From Novakomyces olei (lineage: Eukaryota): DNA of 64,000 bases. The notes under the pieces are model-generated. The model was not told the origin of the DNA, did no database searches, and saw nothing but the letters and a program-made list of their open reading frames with translations. The position numbers were made by a program, and so were the translations under genes. The stretch spans positions 2,170,001 to 2,234,000 of the forward strand of contig JADEYG010000007.1 of the NCBI GenBank assembly GCA_016906335.1. Direction: 5' to 3'. Shown here in pieces: positions 40,234 to 51,568 of this stretch (its first letter is position 1; the number at the start of each line of letters is the position of its first letter).

Positions 40234-42866
40234 ATGTCGCTATTCAAGAGCTCGGAAAAATTCAAATTGAGTGTCGAGTTGCGTGGACACGAGCAAGACG
40301 TAAGTAGCAAGCACTTGTAAGGATTTGTATTAAAAGATTTAGGTACGAGCCGTTAGCGGGTCCTCAGAGCTTGTTGTGTCTGCTTCACGCGATGGCACAG
40401 TTCGCACTTGGTCAGCTGTGAATGGAGAATACGAGTCTCAGCAGTACAAGTTCCACAATGGCTTTGTAAATGCGGTGACGTACCTGCCGATAAGTCCAGA
40501 GTTTCCCAATGGTACGGGTTATTTATTTTATTTTATTTTATTTTATTTTATTTTATTCTTTTTGAAATATCTCTTTGGTTTTCATGATTTTATCGTCGCT
40601 TTCTGTTTTAGTTTCTACAGGTTATGCGCTAGTTATTGCAATCTCAACATTGTTTCTGACGAACAGGCTTGATCATTTCCGGTGGACAGGACAAGCTAGT
40701 GAATGCCTTCTCGCCCTCTAAAGCAGAGCCGGACTATACCTTAGTCGGCCATGCAAGCAATGTGTGCTCTCTCGATGCTAAAGTGTACGATGGTCTGCCA
40801 GTGGTGGTCAGCGGGAGCTGGGACATGACAGCTCGAGTATGGATCAATTTCGAATGCAAGGCAATTCTGCATGGTCACGAGGCCGCCGTTTGGAGTGCTA
40901 TTTCCCTGTCGCCTACGACATTTGTTACTGCCAGCGCGGATAAAACTATCCGGCTATGGCATAACGATAGGCCAGTTAAGACTCTGTATGGCCATAATGA
41001 CTGTGTGCGTGGCTTATGTCGGGCTGGCAATGGCTTTATATCCGTGGGCAATGATGGATTACTTATCCACTGGTCCGCTGAGGGAGAATTGCAGAGTAAG
41101 ACAGAGGCACATAATGCCTTCATCTACTCTGTAGACAGCAGCCAAGTCGGTAGTAACGAAGCTTATACCTCTGGTGAAGATGGCACTGTTCGGGTGTGGA
41201 AGGGCCAAGAGTGTACCCAGAGCCTTGTGCACCCGTGCGTCTCTGTTTGGTCAGTCCATGCTCTTGACAATGGAGATATTGTGTCGGGTGGGAGTGACGG
41301 TGTTGTCCGCGTTTTCACAAAGTCAAAGTCTCGACGAGCACCTCATGATGTCATAGCAAAGTATGATGAGCAGGTGGCGGCCTTGTCGCTGCCACAGCAG
41401 ACTGACCCAAACATAAGTAAAAATACACGGGACCCGTCGGTGTTGGAAAGTCCGGGCGATAAAGTTGGGCAGGTGGTTATGGTGAAACGGGCACAGAGTA
41501 CGGAAGCGTACCAGTGGAGTGGGGATGGTTGGACAAAGGTCGGCGACGTCGTAGACTCTGTAAAGTCGGACGCTAAGAAGGAGTTTCAGGGCAAAGATTA
41601 TGATTACGTGTTTGATGTGGATATTGCCGACGGGGCTCCTCCGTTACAATTGCCGTACAACGTCAACGAGAATCCTTGGGACTCAGCGAGACAGTTCCTC
41701 GAGAGGAATAACCTGCCTCTGACGTATTTAGACCAGACCACGAAATTTATTCAGCAAAATACAAAGGGTGAAACTCTGGGCCAGGCGGCCGTAACGCAAG
41801 ATCCTTATAGTATGTGATATAGCTCATGTTTAGACTCTGATATGAGTTTAGACTTTTACTCCTGTTTATTTTTCCTTTATGTTTTACAGTGCTAATAAAG
41901 AAGGGGACGAACCCAAGGTCAGCGATGCCCTTCAAGTCCTGCCTTACAGGGACTACATATCGTTTACGCAATTCAATTCGGCTCCTGTTCTCGCAAAACT
42001 GCTGCAGTTCAACCAAGAGATTCGCGATTCCGATGCTGGGAAGGCTTTGAGTGAGGGCGAAGAGCATTCGCTTCGACTCGTATTAGAATCTCTGCCAGAA
42101 CCTTCAATGATCGCCAAAGAAACTGTTAGTTCCGGCCTTACTTTAATAGACAAAATATGCCGGACTTGGCCTAAAGAAAAACGGTTTCCTGCCGTCGATG
42201 TATTACGCATTTTATGTACAAGCGTCTATGCTTGCAGTCATGCTTCGTTGCTAGAGACAATTACCCTTGGCGGGTGCCTAATAGATGACGAAAATGATGG
42301 TGGCAGCGTTACGACTGATAAAGCTATCCTGAACTCCAAAATGCTTGCCATTCGTGCCTTGTGCAATCTTTTCCAGACCAGCGTCGGGCGTCAATTGATG
42401 TCGTCTGTCGTTTCCGAGGTAAGATTTGTGGTTTCTTTTTTGTTTAATTGTTTTTAAAAAACATCTTATGGTCAAACCTCTCCGATCTGAACTCACGAAA
42501 TAGGCTCTCGAATTAATTTCTAAACCTTCTGTTGTATCATCGGCAATGGTCTCCCTGCGAATGAGCGTAGCCACGCTTCTTTTGAATATATCAGTTCTTG
42601 TATCCAGCAAGCAAACAGACCCTGTTGATGACGCGATCAGCTTGCTCGATCCATTAACGAAATCCCTAAAAAATATCCAGGACAGTGAAACCGTCTACCG
42701 TGGCCTTGTGGCGCTAGGAAATTTAACCGTCTTATCGCCAGATGTTGTTCAGGCGTCGGCTCAGATTTACAACGGGCAAAAGCTAATTCATCAATCTGCC
42801 GCACCGTTTGCGACTGAGCCCCGCTTTAAAATGCTGTTACATGATTTGGATTTGCTATATAAATGA
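40234..42866 (+). CDS. DOA1: Doa1/Ufd3/PLAA (WD40-PFU-PUL ubiquitin and Cdc48 adaptor); 4 introns
   Basis: FKLSVELRGHEQD|VRAV; WD40 repeats; PFU domain FQGKDYDYVFDVDIADGAPPLQLPYNVNENPW; PUL domain WPKEKRFPAVDVLR...ETVYRGLVALGNL. Confidence 0.95.
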
Positions 42867-43255
42867 GCGAAAGGTGAGTACTTTCTCATTGAATTATTTC
42901 GGTTCAGATATTTTGGGCTTGTGGCTCATCGATGTCATTACAACTAGTCAGGATTTAAAATCTTATCAAAGTTGATACCAAAGTATCCGCTAGTGAATGG
43001 CTTGATCGAAATTGCTATCATTGCAGGTGCATTTATGGTTATGTGCACTTTGATGTAAAAAGGCCTCATGGTGCATCTAAAATCACTATACTAGAACAGA
43101 TACGTTATCTTGAAGCGTATATGCTACTAAACAACAAAATGCTGATTGCTTCAAGGACAATCCGCTCGTTCAACAAACACAAGAGTGTCCCAATAGTCTA
43201 TGTACATGTTCCATAACTAACCATAATAAATAATCAGCGTTTAGCAAGGGAACAA

Positions 43256-44713
43256 TTATTTATGTTTCTCTATAAAGCGTACTTCGCCTCGCTTCAGCAA
43301 GTCACGGGGAAGTCGAAACTCCCGATTCTTGTACAATGCATCCGGCACAGGAAACCCAAAAGCGAAAAGCTTTTCTTTCCTTTTTTGCCCATCGTTTGGT
43401 GCAGGCTTGTTTGCGCCTCGCCGTAAAGGAGGGACTTTCCAGCCATGGCCTAAAGTCAGTAGGGGCAGGTTGCTTGTAGCATTAGCCAATGTTGATGTTG
43501 TGCTTGACGTTTTTGTTTCGTACGCAAGGCTAGATGTTTTTGGTTTTTTACGTTGCACATCCCCAACAGCGTCGCTTTGCTCTGCCGTTTTGGCAGCCAG
43601 TTCCAATAGCAAATGCCTCTTTTCCTCGCGGTATACCGTTTCCCTTCGCCGGTAATCGTCATAGCGCTGCAGGAAAGCTGAAAAATCTTTGACTAGATAG
43701 TTTCGCAGTTGCAAGAGTGTATCCAGATCGTAGTGCGAACCACACAGAGCCCGAGTTTCGCGTACCCACGGCTCATTGTTTGAAGCAGCTAGTGAAGGCG
43801 GAAGACCTGTAGCCGGAGCAGCTGCCACCATAGAGTTTGCAGTTGGAGTGGATAGCCGCTCAAGTGTATCCTGAATACGTGATTTCTCGTACTGCAAATT
43901 CTCGCGCTCGCGGTTAGCCGAACGTTTCTCTGCTGCCTCCTGTCGTTTATGGTTGGCGGTGTAGAGCGAGTCCGGCAGGGAGTCTTGCAAAGGTAGAGCG
44001 ATCGACTTTTGCTAAAAAAAAAAAATTAGCACGAGTCATTGAGTAATACAAGAGAAAAGAAACTGAGCTAAACAGTCTAAACGGGCAGGAATAGCCAGCC
44101 AAACAAGGCAGAAAAAGGCAGTGTTCCGAATAGACGCTTTCCAATACTCTAAACAAGTAGTATCGAGCCTACACGGACGGTAGCAGTACTTACATTGGCT
44201 TCAAGTTCTGATTTTATGGGTAAAGGCGTCGGAGCGCTCCGTGGCTGATGAGCCAAAAGCGCAGCCTTGTCAATTTTCCGACGGGCAATTGCAGGCAGGC
44301 GTGCTTTATCAATTGCTTTTAATTTCCGTGTTCTTTGCTCCGGTTTCAAAAGGACAAATTTCTGTTCAGCTCGCGTGTACGTTTGTTCCTTAATTAACGC
44401 TAAAATGGCTTCGCCATCTTGAGCGCCGTCACCACCTGCTGATCGCAGCACACGGCGGCTATTTTCTGCCGTTTGCTGATTGGGTGCCTTTTGCTCCTCT
44501 TTAGTCTCGCAGTTTTCCTTTGCATAGTCCTTGTCAGCCGAGCTTTGTACGTTTGGCTTTCTTGTCGCTTGCTCAATTAACCCGCTCTCTGGATCGCCCT
44601 GACTCGACTTGTTCGCAAAGAGCCTTACAAGCTTCGCAATGGCCGCCAGCTTGGCTTAATATTGCACACTCAACTCAATCGCAGATCGATACGCTGCAGA
44701 GCTCAGGATGCAT
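43256..44713 (-). CDS. SAS4: Sas4-domain protein (SAS acetyltransferase complex subunit); intron ~44013-44172; 5' end uncertain
   Basis: DSLPDSLYTANHKRQEAAEKRSANRERENLQYEK and C-terminal FAFGFPVP...REFRLP fit Sas4 homologs. The upstream exon is open to ~44655 without ATG, so the start at 44713 requires a further small intron. Confidence 0.7.
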
Positions 44714-45105
44714 AGGACGGTTTCGCGCTAGTCGTGCGTCATGATACGTGTTTTTATTCTATTTTTATTTTTATGATTTGTCGATTTTTGTTTATTTTAT
44801 CCACATTTTTACATACTTTTCTTTGTTGGAGTTGTGCTTTTATTTTTATCCTCATTTTATTTTAATTACTTCAATTTTCATTATATTATTTAATTTTCTC
44901 TATTTACTAGTTTTCTCTGTCTATTCTCTATTACTATTTTCTCTATATACAATTTTCCCTATTTATCGCCACCGTTAGTCTGCTCTTCTATCGTATTACT
45001 ATAATTTGGATCGACACTGGCCAAAGTGTACAGATAATATTATTGCAGACGCCAATCCCAAAGTCACTGCGAAATGAGCCGTGATCAGAACCGGGTGGCG
45101 GCATA

Positions 45106-46277
45106 ATGCGACGCCGCAAATTGGTGCCAATTACACAGCGCAATGGCGATACTGAGCCGCAACTTCGTGGGCGAAGGCTGATTGAGCGGTACCACACTCT
45201 GCATCGCAGGCAAAGTGCCGCTGCCGCTGCTGGTCGCAGTGAAGAGTGCGACCGTATAAGTAAAGAGTTTGAGCGTATAGGCGGCCTGGCCGCCTATCAA
45301 AGAGCCAGTCTGCGTGGGCAAACTGCCGTGCGTGGAGGCGACTCCAGTAAAGTGCTTTTACAGTGGCTACACGAGTTTCCTGCCTTTCTGCAGTGCAAAC
45401 GGCTAAAGTGCCTAGAGGTGGGAGCATTGAGCACCGACAACTGTGTTGGTCGGGCATTTGAAATGACGCGTATTGACCTGCGCTCGCAGGCGCCGGGGAT
45501 TATTCAGCAAGATTTTATGACTATGCAGCTGCCTTTGTCGGAAGACGATGCTTACGACTGTGTGAGCCTTTCATTAGTCCTCAATTTCGCAGACTTGCAA
45601 ACACGTGGGCCCATGTTACAACGGACGTGTAAATTTTTACGCAGGTCGGGGGGTAAGAGATTAAAGACAAGGCATAATAGAGACAGAAAATAATTAAAAT
45701 GAAAAGGAGGAATATAAAAAGAGGAATATAAAAAGAGGGATATAAAAGGAGGAATATAAAAGGAGACAAAGGGGAGTTAAATGAGCAAAAGACATGTGCG
45801 ATACTGAGCTACATAGAGCAATCGCAATTGGGTTACTGCTGTAAGCTCAGTTGAGCTTAAATGTCGCGAGACAGAATAAATAATGTGGCCCCGAGAATAT
45901 GGAATTAAAAGATTCAGCTAATAAATATAGGTGAAGTCGTGTCCAATGACGATACAAAAAAGATTGTAGGTGGCAATGTGGCTACAAAGAGCGATGGCGA
46001 TACTGCTTGCACAGGAGAAGAGAGGCCGTGGCCTATGTTATTCTTCACGCTTCCCGCTCCTTGTGTCCAAAACTCCCGCTATCTAACGGAGAGGCTGCTC
46101 GAAGAAATGCTGCAGGCTTTAGGCTATCGCATTTTACGGCGCCGTGCGACAGCCCGCATGTATTACATTTTGGCTCGCTGGGAAGGGCCAAATGCTACAA
46201 AGTATTCTTTCCGGAAACAAGAAATTGCTCCTGGCCGGCAACGAAACAATTTCGCTATTGTGATGCACTCGGATTGA
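45106..46277 (+). CDS. BMT2: 25S rRNA adenine-N1 methyltransferase Bmt2; intron 45653-45930
   Basis: GGLAAYQRASLRGQ..RGGDSSKVL, LEVGALS, RIDLRSQ..IIQQDF, SLSLVLNF, LPAPCVQNSRY, RNNFAIV. Confidence 0.92.
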
Positions 46278-47430
46278 ACGGCTACAGTGGAGGTAGACGG
46301 CGTTTTCCTGAGCATTGAAGCCGTGTTTTAGACTATAATCAGCTCTGTACAGTGTAGTCTTTATTAAATTTGAAAAGCAATGAAACTATCAGAGTAAATT
46401 ACGAGAAGCTTAGCAAGATATATTTGTGTATGCACGGTTTACACATTTCTCTTGCATTAGACTTGAAGGCGGCTACTGTACGGTGATTGTCGGCTCTGCT
46501 TTTAATCTCCACGATTACGGCTCTAGTTTCAATCCCTACGATTATGTCTGTATGTGTTACTTGTAAGTTTCTAATTAATTGGTCGATTCTGGCAATACCG
46601 CATTTCACTTGACGCGAGTGTTACTTGAATTTTGGTCGCGTAATTAAAGGTGTGGCCTATTAATTCGGGGTATGACTGTGTGTAGCGCCATTGGACGCAG
46701 AGCGGTAGCGAAAAGCAACCCGTAAGCACTCTTGTGTAGGACTCCCTCGACTGTAAGAAAGAACGACGGCTGGCTACCTTACGTGCCGCATTCCGTTCTA
46801 TTCTTGTCTTGAATCGAGGGTACACGGTAAGCTCCCACCAATCCTAGCTCGAGTAGTATGGAAGCGTGTACCGGAACAAGCGTGCCGCGTGACGGTGCTG
46901 GCACGTGGGAAAATGCATTGTTTACAAAATACTAATTTGCGTCATTGTAGCCAATAGTCGGCGTGTCGCGATCGAAAATGGATCTGTCATTTTTCACGGA
47001 ATATATTCATAATGTTATTATGTAATATTATTACTTGCACTTCGCGTTTCCCATCAATGTTTACATATCGGCGCGTCTGCTGAATCGCACTCTCTGATTG
47101 GTCGAGTTTGTTTAGAGGGAAACAAACGAAACATGAGAATATTCGAATATATAGAAAGCGACCGCGCACAGAATTTTCACCGCAAACCACAACCTACTTG
47201 CCTTCGCCGCTCAGCTTTCTTGTTCGCGTTCTCTGCGTAAGTTCATGAGCTTTGCTTTCGAATAATCGCTAACCGTCCTCTTTTGCAGTTGCCTCGTGCA
47301 GCCTTTCATTCTTTACACCACACTCATTTTAAATTCGCACTGTTTTTCGATTCTTTGCTGCTCTTCCGCCGCTTCCCATTCGCTTTTTCAAACAATCTCG
47401 ACTTTGAAAAACCATTAAATTGAAATAATT

Positions 47431-47860
47431 ATGAAATTCTCTGTTGCCGCCGTTGCTGTTGCTGCTGCCATTTCCGGGCTTGTTCAGGCCGTGCCGGGTA
47501 AGTTTTAAAGCTCTATGCGCATTTGCTAATTTTAAAGGTGGTCTCGTCGCCAAACCGTCTTGCGATTGTAAAACTTATACTCGCGTCGAGACATCCATCA
47601 TTGATGCATCTGTTTGGATCGGTGTCCCTCCTGCTCCTTCGACCGTAGCCGCCGCTGCCGCTATTGAGACTGATACAGTCTTGGTAGCTGCAGCTCCGAG
47701 CAGCACTAGCACCGCTCCTTCGAATAACACAGAGCCCTTTACTTCTATGCAAGGCGCCATGTACGTTACCGCCTCAGAGCCATTGACTGTAACTGCAGCG
47801 AGTACGCCCAAGCAGACTTCTACAATCTTCACAACCATCACAATCTCCGTCGCGTACTAG
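47431..47860 (+). CDS. Small secreted Ala/Ser/Thr-rich protein of unknown function; intron 47498-47537; probable 5'-UTR intron ~47237-47288
   Basis: Signal peptide MKFSVAAVAVAAAISGLVQA; GTAAGT...GCTAATTTTAAAG intron restores frame into the 47444-47860 ORF. Confidence 0.8.
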
Positions 47861-48715
47861 AGTATGAGACTCTACATGCTGATGGAGATTGTTTGCCCTG
47901 TCGGGTCTATACTGGCCTGGGCAGGCTACATTATCCCTTCTTTTGCAGTTGTTGCGGAAAAGATTCTTTTATGATCAACCTTTGCTCCGTTTTTATTTTA
48001 TTATGTCGCCCAGAGAGTAAGTTCTTGTCTCGAGTTTTCTTTGTACAATGTTGACGATGGCTTGGCCCACGAATCTTTTTGGATATTGAGCGGCGCTTGT
48101 ATTTGAGTTCAGCTTGGGCAATTATGAGTTTTGGGATATATTAAATTATATTTGCGTTTGTTTTATGAAAGCTTCAGCTAATTTTAATCGTGTTCTGTAA
48201 ATATAGCTTTCAAAAGCAGTATAGCCCGCCGTGACGGCTGTCATGCATGCAGTCAACAAGTCTGCCATTGCAATCGTCTACACTAGTTGTGAAAAAGTAG
48301 GCAGTCTGGGTAAAACAAGTATACGACTGTTAATGAGCTACATAAAGAAAGTATAGTACTGTGGCGGCAAATAGAGCTACACACTCGGCGCTGGCCCAAA
48401 AATGTCTAAAAATAAATATCGTCTTTGCATCTTTCCACTGGCAAAAGGAAAGCTACGCCACCATTTAAATGCGGTCCTGGCTCACAGATGTGTCGGTTTA
48501 ACGATGCACATGTGACCTAGAACAAACCATTCCTTTCACAATAAACTGTCTACAACTGCAATAGAATACGACGATCAACTCATAAAGATCAGCATTCGCT
48601 GTTTACCGCGCACGTGAAGCCCAGGAAGATTTGCGCATTACATACAAAGATAACGGTGGAAATCCCGAGGAAATTTGACAGCAAAATGTCCGCGATATAT
48701 TATTTGCTGTATTAT

Positions 48716-48842
48716 ATTCACTATTCACAATAAACTGTTCACAATAAATATTCGCAATAATTATTCAAACAATAAGTATTCACAAAAAATTACTCACAAT
48801 AAATACTCGCAATAATTATTCACAATAATATTTCACAATAAA
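48716..48842. repeat. Degenerate ~13-bp TATTCACAATAA repeat upstream of the zinc transporter
   Basis: About 9 imperfect copies seen directly. Confidence 0.8.
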
Positions 48843-49134
48843 TCATATCGTATTGGCATCAATATTACTTGCTTTTGCAATATACGCATAGTATGTTACA
48901 GTGTGGCAAAACGGTACGACTAAGCGAACGCAGCGATATGCGCAAACAAAATTTAGACGCCGATATGAAGGGTTATTATTACAGTAAAATCGGAGTTTGT
49001 AATATTATTATAATACGGTGATTAAGCAGGTAAAAGTCTCGTGAAAACCGCAGGCAGCAACTTTGCACAAACGTACCGCTAAACCACCACTGTCGCAGGC
49101 GGACTGTTTGACAAGGGGGCGAAATAAACGCAAT

Positions 49135-50564
49135 ATGGCGCATTCGTTTTCTCGCAGAGCACGTATAATTACGTTGCTGGTTATCGACACTGTATTTTTT
49201 TTCGTTGAACTTTCTATCGGTACGGCTTGCAACTGCAAAAGCCCTAAAAGCCCTAAAAGCCCTAAAAGCCCCAGCTGACACGTACAGGTTACGCAGTGCA
49301 CTCGCTCGCTCTCGTAGCAGACTCCTTCCACATGCTGAACGATATTGTATCTCTAGGAATCGCTTACTGGGCGATCACCATAGCCGACAAGCCGGCAAAA
49401 GAGGCAAAATACACGTACGGCTGGCAGCGGGCGGAGATCGTTGGTGCTCTGGTCAACGGGGTTTTCCTCGTGGCGCTTTGCCTTACTATCTTTCTCGAAG
49501 CTATTCAGCGGTTTGTGGAGGTGCCTGTTATTACCAATCCGCGTCTGATTCTTATCGTCGGCTCTCTCGGCTTGCTGAGCAATATTGTGGGGCTGTTTTT
49601 GTTCCATGACCATGGCCACAGCCATGGCCATGAACGCGAAGGGCATGATCACGGAACCGGGAGCCTTGCACAGTCAAGCGCTGTTTCGGAGGGCGGAGAA
49701 GGAAGTGACGCTGTGGATGGAGAAGAGCAGCGGCCGAATGATTTAGAGGCGCTTTTACCCGTGAATATTGTAAGACAGCAAGCTCGTCGACGGGGCTCAA
49801 CGCTGTCGAGACCTGACGAACGTCAGCCACTTTTGGGCCACGGAGTCGCACACAATGACCACATTCACGCACAGCCCAAGCCTCAAACTGGAGCAGGTGG
49901 TCATTCGCACGGAAACTTGAATATGCGTGGAGTGTTCCTCCACGTGCTTGGTGATGCTCTGGGAAATATTGGTGTTATTGCCACTGCCCTTGTTATTTGG
50001 CTCTCTAAATTATCGTGGCGGTTCTACTTTGATCCGGCGATCAGTATTGTAATCACGTTTATAATCTTGAGCTCGGCTATACCGCTATGCAAATCAGCGG
50101 CACTAATCTTACTGCAAGCAGCGCCTCATACGATTGAGGTGGAAGATATCCGCAAGGATATTGCCGCCATTCCGGGTGTGGTTAATGTGCACGAATTACA
50201 CGTCTGGCAGCTTAGTGACGTCAAGATGATTGCTACTGTGCACGTGCTTGTTGACTTGCAGCACGCTGATGTGGGAGAGAGGTACATGAATCTGACGGCG
50301 GGTATCCGCGACTGCTTGCTAGCGTACGGTATTCAGTCGTGTACTATCCAGCCCGAATTTAAGGGCATTACGCCAACCACGGAGAATGGTCAGCGCGTTC
50401 TACGTCGAGCCGGTGGCAGCGGGGAAGACGTGGCCGCTGATCATCACAAGACATCTGCTACAGACGAAGCTAACGGGTCTTCTGCCCGGAATGAGCAGCC
50501 CTTGCAGTGCGCCTTGTCATGCACTCAAAATGGGCCGATTGATGGCAAATGCTGCCAGGACTAG
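49135..50564 (+). CDS. ZRC1: CDF-family zinc transporter (Zrc1/Cot1/Zhf1 type); intron ~49220-49287
   Basis: SLALVADSFHMLND, YTYGWQRAEIVGALVNGVFL, His-rich loop, NMRGVFLHVLGDALGNIGV, HELHVWQLS, TIQPE. Confidence 0.95.
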
Positions 50565-51099
50565 AGACTTTATACTTTTAATCTTTTCTAGGAAAAAGTT
50601 TTAATGGAACAACATGCAAGATTCAAATGTAGACGGCTGCAAGATCAAAGAGTAGCCGGTGCTCTGCTACGGCGAAAGAGCCTGGGCGAGGATAGCTAAT
50701 AAAATAACGACGTAGCAGACCGGCTGTGGCAGGCGTCAGCCTCTGCATCGGCACTAGCCTCGGCGTCCCTGTGCCTGCAGCACACGAGACCAATCTCTTA
50801 TTAAACAGCGTCTAGATTACTGAACAGAATGACTACGGATTATGTTGTTTTTTCAAGGACGCGGACCCGTCGTCTGGCGCGGTTTACCACGTAATGGTCC
50901 CGTATATTATCTCCACTGTATATATTATAGAGCGTTAGTGTATAGCGTAATTAATGCCTACTTTTCCTGGAAATACAGCGATCCCTAATCGGTAATGTGA
51001 AATTAAAGGCGATCCGAGGCTTTTCGTCACGACGGGCTTTACGTCAAGACGAGTGTATAGACACGGCCGAGCTGCGGCAAACATTATGTTTGAGATTTG

Positions 51100-51186
51100 G
51101 CTATACATTTGCTATACATTTTATACATTTGCTATACATTTTATACATTTGCTATTATACATTTTATACATTTCCTATACATTTGC
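51100..51186. repeat. ~10-bp TATACATTT(T/GC) repeat upstream of SIN3
   Basis: Seen directly. Confidence 0.85.
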
Positions 51187-51303
51187 TAATCATAGACGTA
51201 ATAGGAGTCTGCCATAGCTCCTTTTCTGCTCCACTGCCCTAATCCAATATCTGAATAAACACTTCCGTACACTATAACCGAGAGGCAAATGGTTATCGCA
51301 GAT

Positions 51304-51380
51304 GCGTAATCACAGAGGCGTAATCACAGAGGCGTAATCACAGAGGCGTAATCACAGAGGCGTAATCACAGAGGCGTAAT
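51304..51380. repeat. Perfect 14-bp tandem repeat GCGTAATCACAGAG, 5.5 copies
   Basis: Seen directly, ~190 bp upstream of the SIN3 ATG. Confidence 0.98.
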
Positions 51381-51568
51381 ACAGATGCATAATGTACGAC
51401 GTCAAGTAACGCTACCGCCAACTGACAGGCAAGTAACACAAGTCATGTTACGCGCCGCTAAGGATTTGTGCGCTATTAAGTGTACAGTGGAATCTCGTCT
51501 CGACTGCTCACAAACGCATCCACAGCTGCAAAGCACGACAGGATTTCAAGCATTCTCGAGTCCTCGTC

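Noticed and set aside
51304..51380. CRISPR-like appearance of the 14-bp and 19-bp (62326-62405) repeats
   Set aside because: Head-to-tail repeats with no unique spacers, no cas genes, and eukaryotic context
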